From Eledone cirrhosa (lineage: Eukaryota), in contig OZ024740.1 of assembly GCA_964016885.1 (NCBI GenBank), forward strand, positions 140,740,001 through 140,804,000: 64,000 bases of DNA, written 5' to 3'. This document shows positions 58,912-64,000 of this stretch, in pieces. A program made the translations under genes and the position numbers. The notes beneath the pieces are model-generated. The model searched no databases. It saw nothing but the letters and a program-made list of their open reading frames with translations, and was not told the DNA's origin. The number at the start of each line of letters is the position of its first letter. Position 1 is the first letter of the stretch.

Positions 58912-59130
58912 ATGGTTTCTAATACAGGCCTAAGGCCAGAAATTTTGGGAGATAGGAAAGTCAATTAAATTGACCATACTACTTGACTGATACTTTATTT
59001 TATTGACCCTGGAAAGATGTAAGGCAAAATTGACCGTGGCAGGATTTGAACTCAAAATGCAGAAAATTGTAACTAAATGCTGCAAAGCATTTAGTCTAAT
59101 GCTCTGATAATTCTACCAATCTGCTACCAT
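58912..59130 (-). mobile_element. Decayed Nin-domain SINE
   Basis: TACTTTATTTTATTGACCC..AAAGATGTAAGGCAAA on + strand. Confidence 0.55.
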
Positions 59131-59447
59131 CATACACCCAATAGTGTAACACATTCCATATGTCAACAACAAAGTACACAACTCATATTCTGCACAACTG
59201 TCACCCAATAACGTAAAAACACAACCCACATAACATATATTCTACATTAAGGGTCAGCAACCTCATTTTCCTATGGCCCACATATATATTTTATCATATC
59301 TTACATTAAATAATGTGAACAATGACCCACATGTTACTGACTCCTGCTCTACATAATCACACCCAGTAGTAAAATACATAACACAACACAGAGACAATAT
59401 ATGATTGGGGAGAACTTTCCAGTCTGGCCTAGCATATGACAATTTCT

Positions 59448-59655
59448 TTAGTGTTGGTGCCACAATAAAATGCACTCAATACACCCTGCAAATGTTAGTG
59501 TTGGTACCATGATAAAATACACCTAGTTTGCTCTGTAAAGTGATAGTACTGGTGTCACAAATAACACACTTGTGCTGTTGTCATGAAAAAAATGTGTCTG
59601 GCACACCTTGTAAGGTGGCTGGGGTTAGGAAGGGCATCCAGCCATAGTAACCATG
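59448..59655 (+). repeat. GTGCTGGTGCCAC-type subrepeats ending in the RTE 5'UTR motif
   Basis: Four diverged units, then GTTAGGAAGGGCATCCAGCC. Confidence 0.55.
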
Positions 59656-60311
59656 GACTCCACAAAATTGTCAAAACAGGCGTTTTCAATAGTGCCACAT
59701 TGCCCTTAATGTTATGAGATGATTGTCATTTTACAGTTATTGTTACCATTGTTGTGACCCACCAGGGTCATGGGGGCACTTCAGGGTGGAGCTATGTGCC
59801 ACCTCCCTTTATCTATCTCTGTTGTGAGCCAGATCATTGGGAAGTCATTACCAGTCCATTCTGTGATGTTATCTACATTCTTTGATGTTTTATCAGTAGC
59901 ATGCTTAACATCCCCTCCTGATATTTGATGTAAAGTGTGGTCTTTGTTGACCTGGGTGACAACTGAGCCAATATGGAGTTTGGTAATATCCTGAACATAT
60001 ACATAAAGATGGAAATTTTCAGTGGTTCATTTTTGCCTTGAAAGGATTAACTATGTCACAGTACATACAAATTTTAAGTTTTCAATGGTGCCACATGGCC
60101 CTGAAGGGGTGATAGTTCATTACTTGTATCAGTTATTAACCATGGATACCCACTACTTTGTTTTGCTCACTAATATAATTAATTTAACAAGGAATTTGGG
60201 CTGCTTCACTTCAACACACAACAGAAGAAAAACATTGCTTTGTTTGTTTCCATATCTAAATTGATTTGATGAGACCACAATGTTTTTGTTTGTCTGTTGT
60301 TTTATAATCAG

Positions 60312-62881
<2,570 letters not shown>

Positions 62882-63276
62882 TGGTGGCTGCCAACTCGTT
62901 TTCGAGTACGGCCACTACTTTATATCCATGTAGGAGAACCCCTACCGATGCGCTGAATGAGTTTTAGTCCAGCCAGCGACTTGAAAACTCTGGTACAAAC
63001 ACTACACTTGTGACAATTATTGACACATAGTGCTGGGCCATGTGACGACAAGTGCAGAGAGATCTCCAGATATAAAGCAATGCCTGTGCCATGAAGCTTT
63101 TATAGTGAGCAAAGGCACTGCACAAAGCCAGTCCCACTCTCTTAACCAAGATGATATTTACCAAAAAGAAGAACAAGTCAACATCATTGGATACCATCAG
63201 GGTTGCAGGTGTTATATCAGAGTTTTCCTTCTCCTAGAATTCTGCCTTGACAAAGGCTAAGGGGTCATCTCTCCCA
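62882..63276 (-). mobile_element. 5'-truncated copy of the bipartite RTE derivative (14045-14636)
   Basis: Reverse-complement homology to 14244-14636. Confidence 0.85.
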
Positions 63277-63509
63277 TATACATATACATATATATACATA
63301 TACATATATATACATATACATACATATACATATATATATACATATACATATATATATACATATATATATATACATATATATATACATATATATATATACA
63401 TATATATATATACATATATATATATACATATATATATATACATATATATATACATATATATATATACATATATATATACATATATATATATATACATATA
63501 TACATATAC

Positions 63510-63558
<49 letters not shown>

Positions 63559-64000
63559 CATATATATATATACATATATATATATATACACATATATATA
63601 TATACATATATATATATACATACATATATACATATATACACATATATATATACATATATACACATATATATATATATATATATACACATATATATATATA
63701 CGTATATATATATACATATATATACATATATATACATATACATATATATACATATACATATATATACATATATATACATATACATATATATACATATATA
63801 TACATATATATACATATACATATATATACATATATATACAAATACATATATATACATATATATACATATACATATATATATACATATACATATATATACA
63901 TATACATATATATACATATACATACATATACATATATATACATATACATATATATACATATACATACATATACATATATATACATATACATATATATACA
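63277..64000. repeat. (TA)n/(TACA) array
   Basis: Direct reading. Confidence 0.98.

Noticed and set aside
59750-59990. Minus-strand open frame ending ..DNITEWTG..
   Set aside because: Resembles a decayed RTE C-terminus rather than a host exon; too degraded to annotate

Overview
Eukaryotic, gene-free, repeat-saturated DNA. The SINE content (tRNA-CORE, Nin-domain and Ceph-domain types) suggests an octopod cephalopod; this is inferred from motif recognition, not a database search. Positions ~1-50,550 and ~60,300-64,000 are a mosaic of young retroelements, almost all bounded by (TA)n arrays. They comprise three RTE-clade LINE families (A, B, C; all with a PHD-type zinc finger inserted in the RT), a CR1-group LINE, Penelope-like elements of the Naiad type (one near full length), RTE-tailed SINEs and a bipartite RTE derivative with a twister-like 5' end. 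Hand-folding found 16 type I hammerhead ribozyme motifs from about 11 unrelated families; five families have a U3-A8 variant core. Three are ORF-less 564-616 bp units inserted as terminally redundant circular permutations. These look like retrozyme/circular-RNA parasites mobilised into (TA)n, probably by Naiad PLEs, and are the best candidate for an undescribed system. Positions 50.6-60.3 kb are older, diverged sequence with decayed SINEs. No host gene or intact TE ORF is supported. All YIYIY-type ORFs are microsatellite artefacts.
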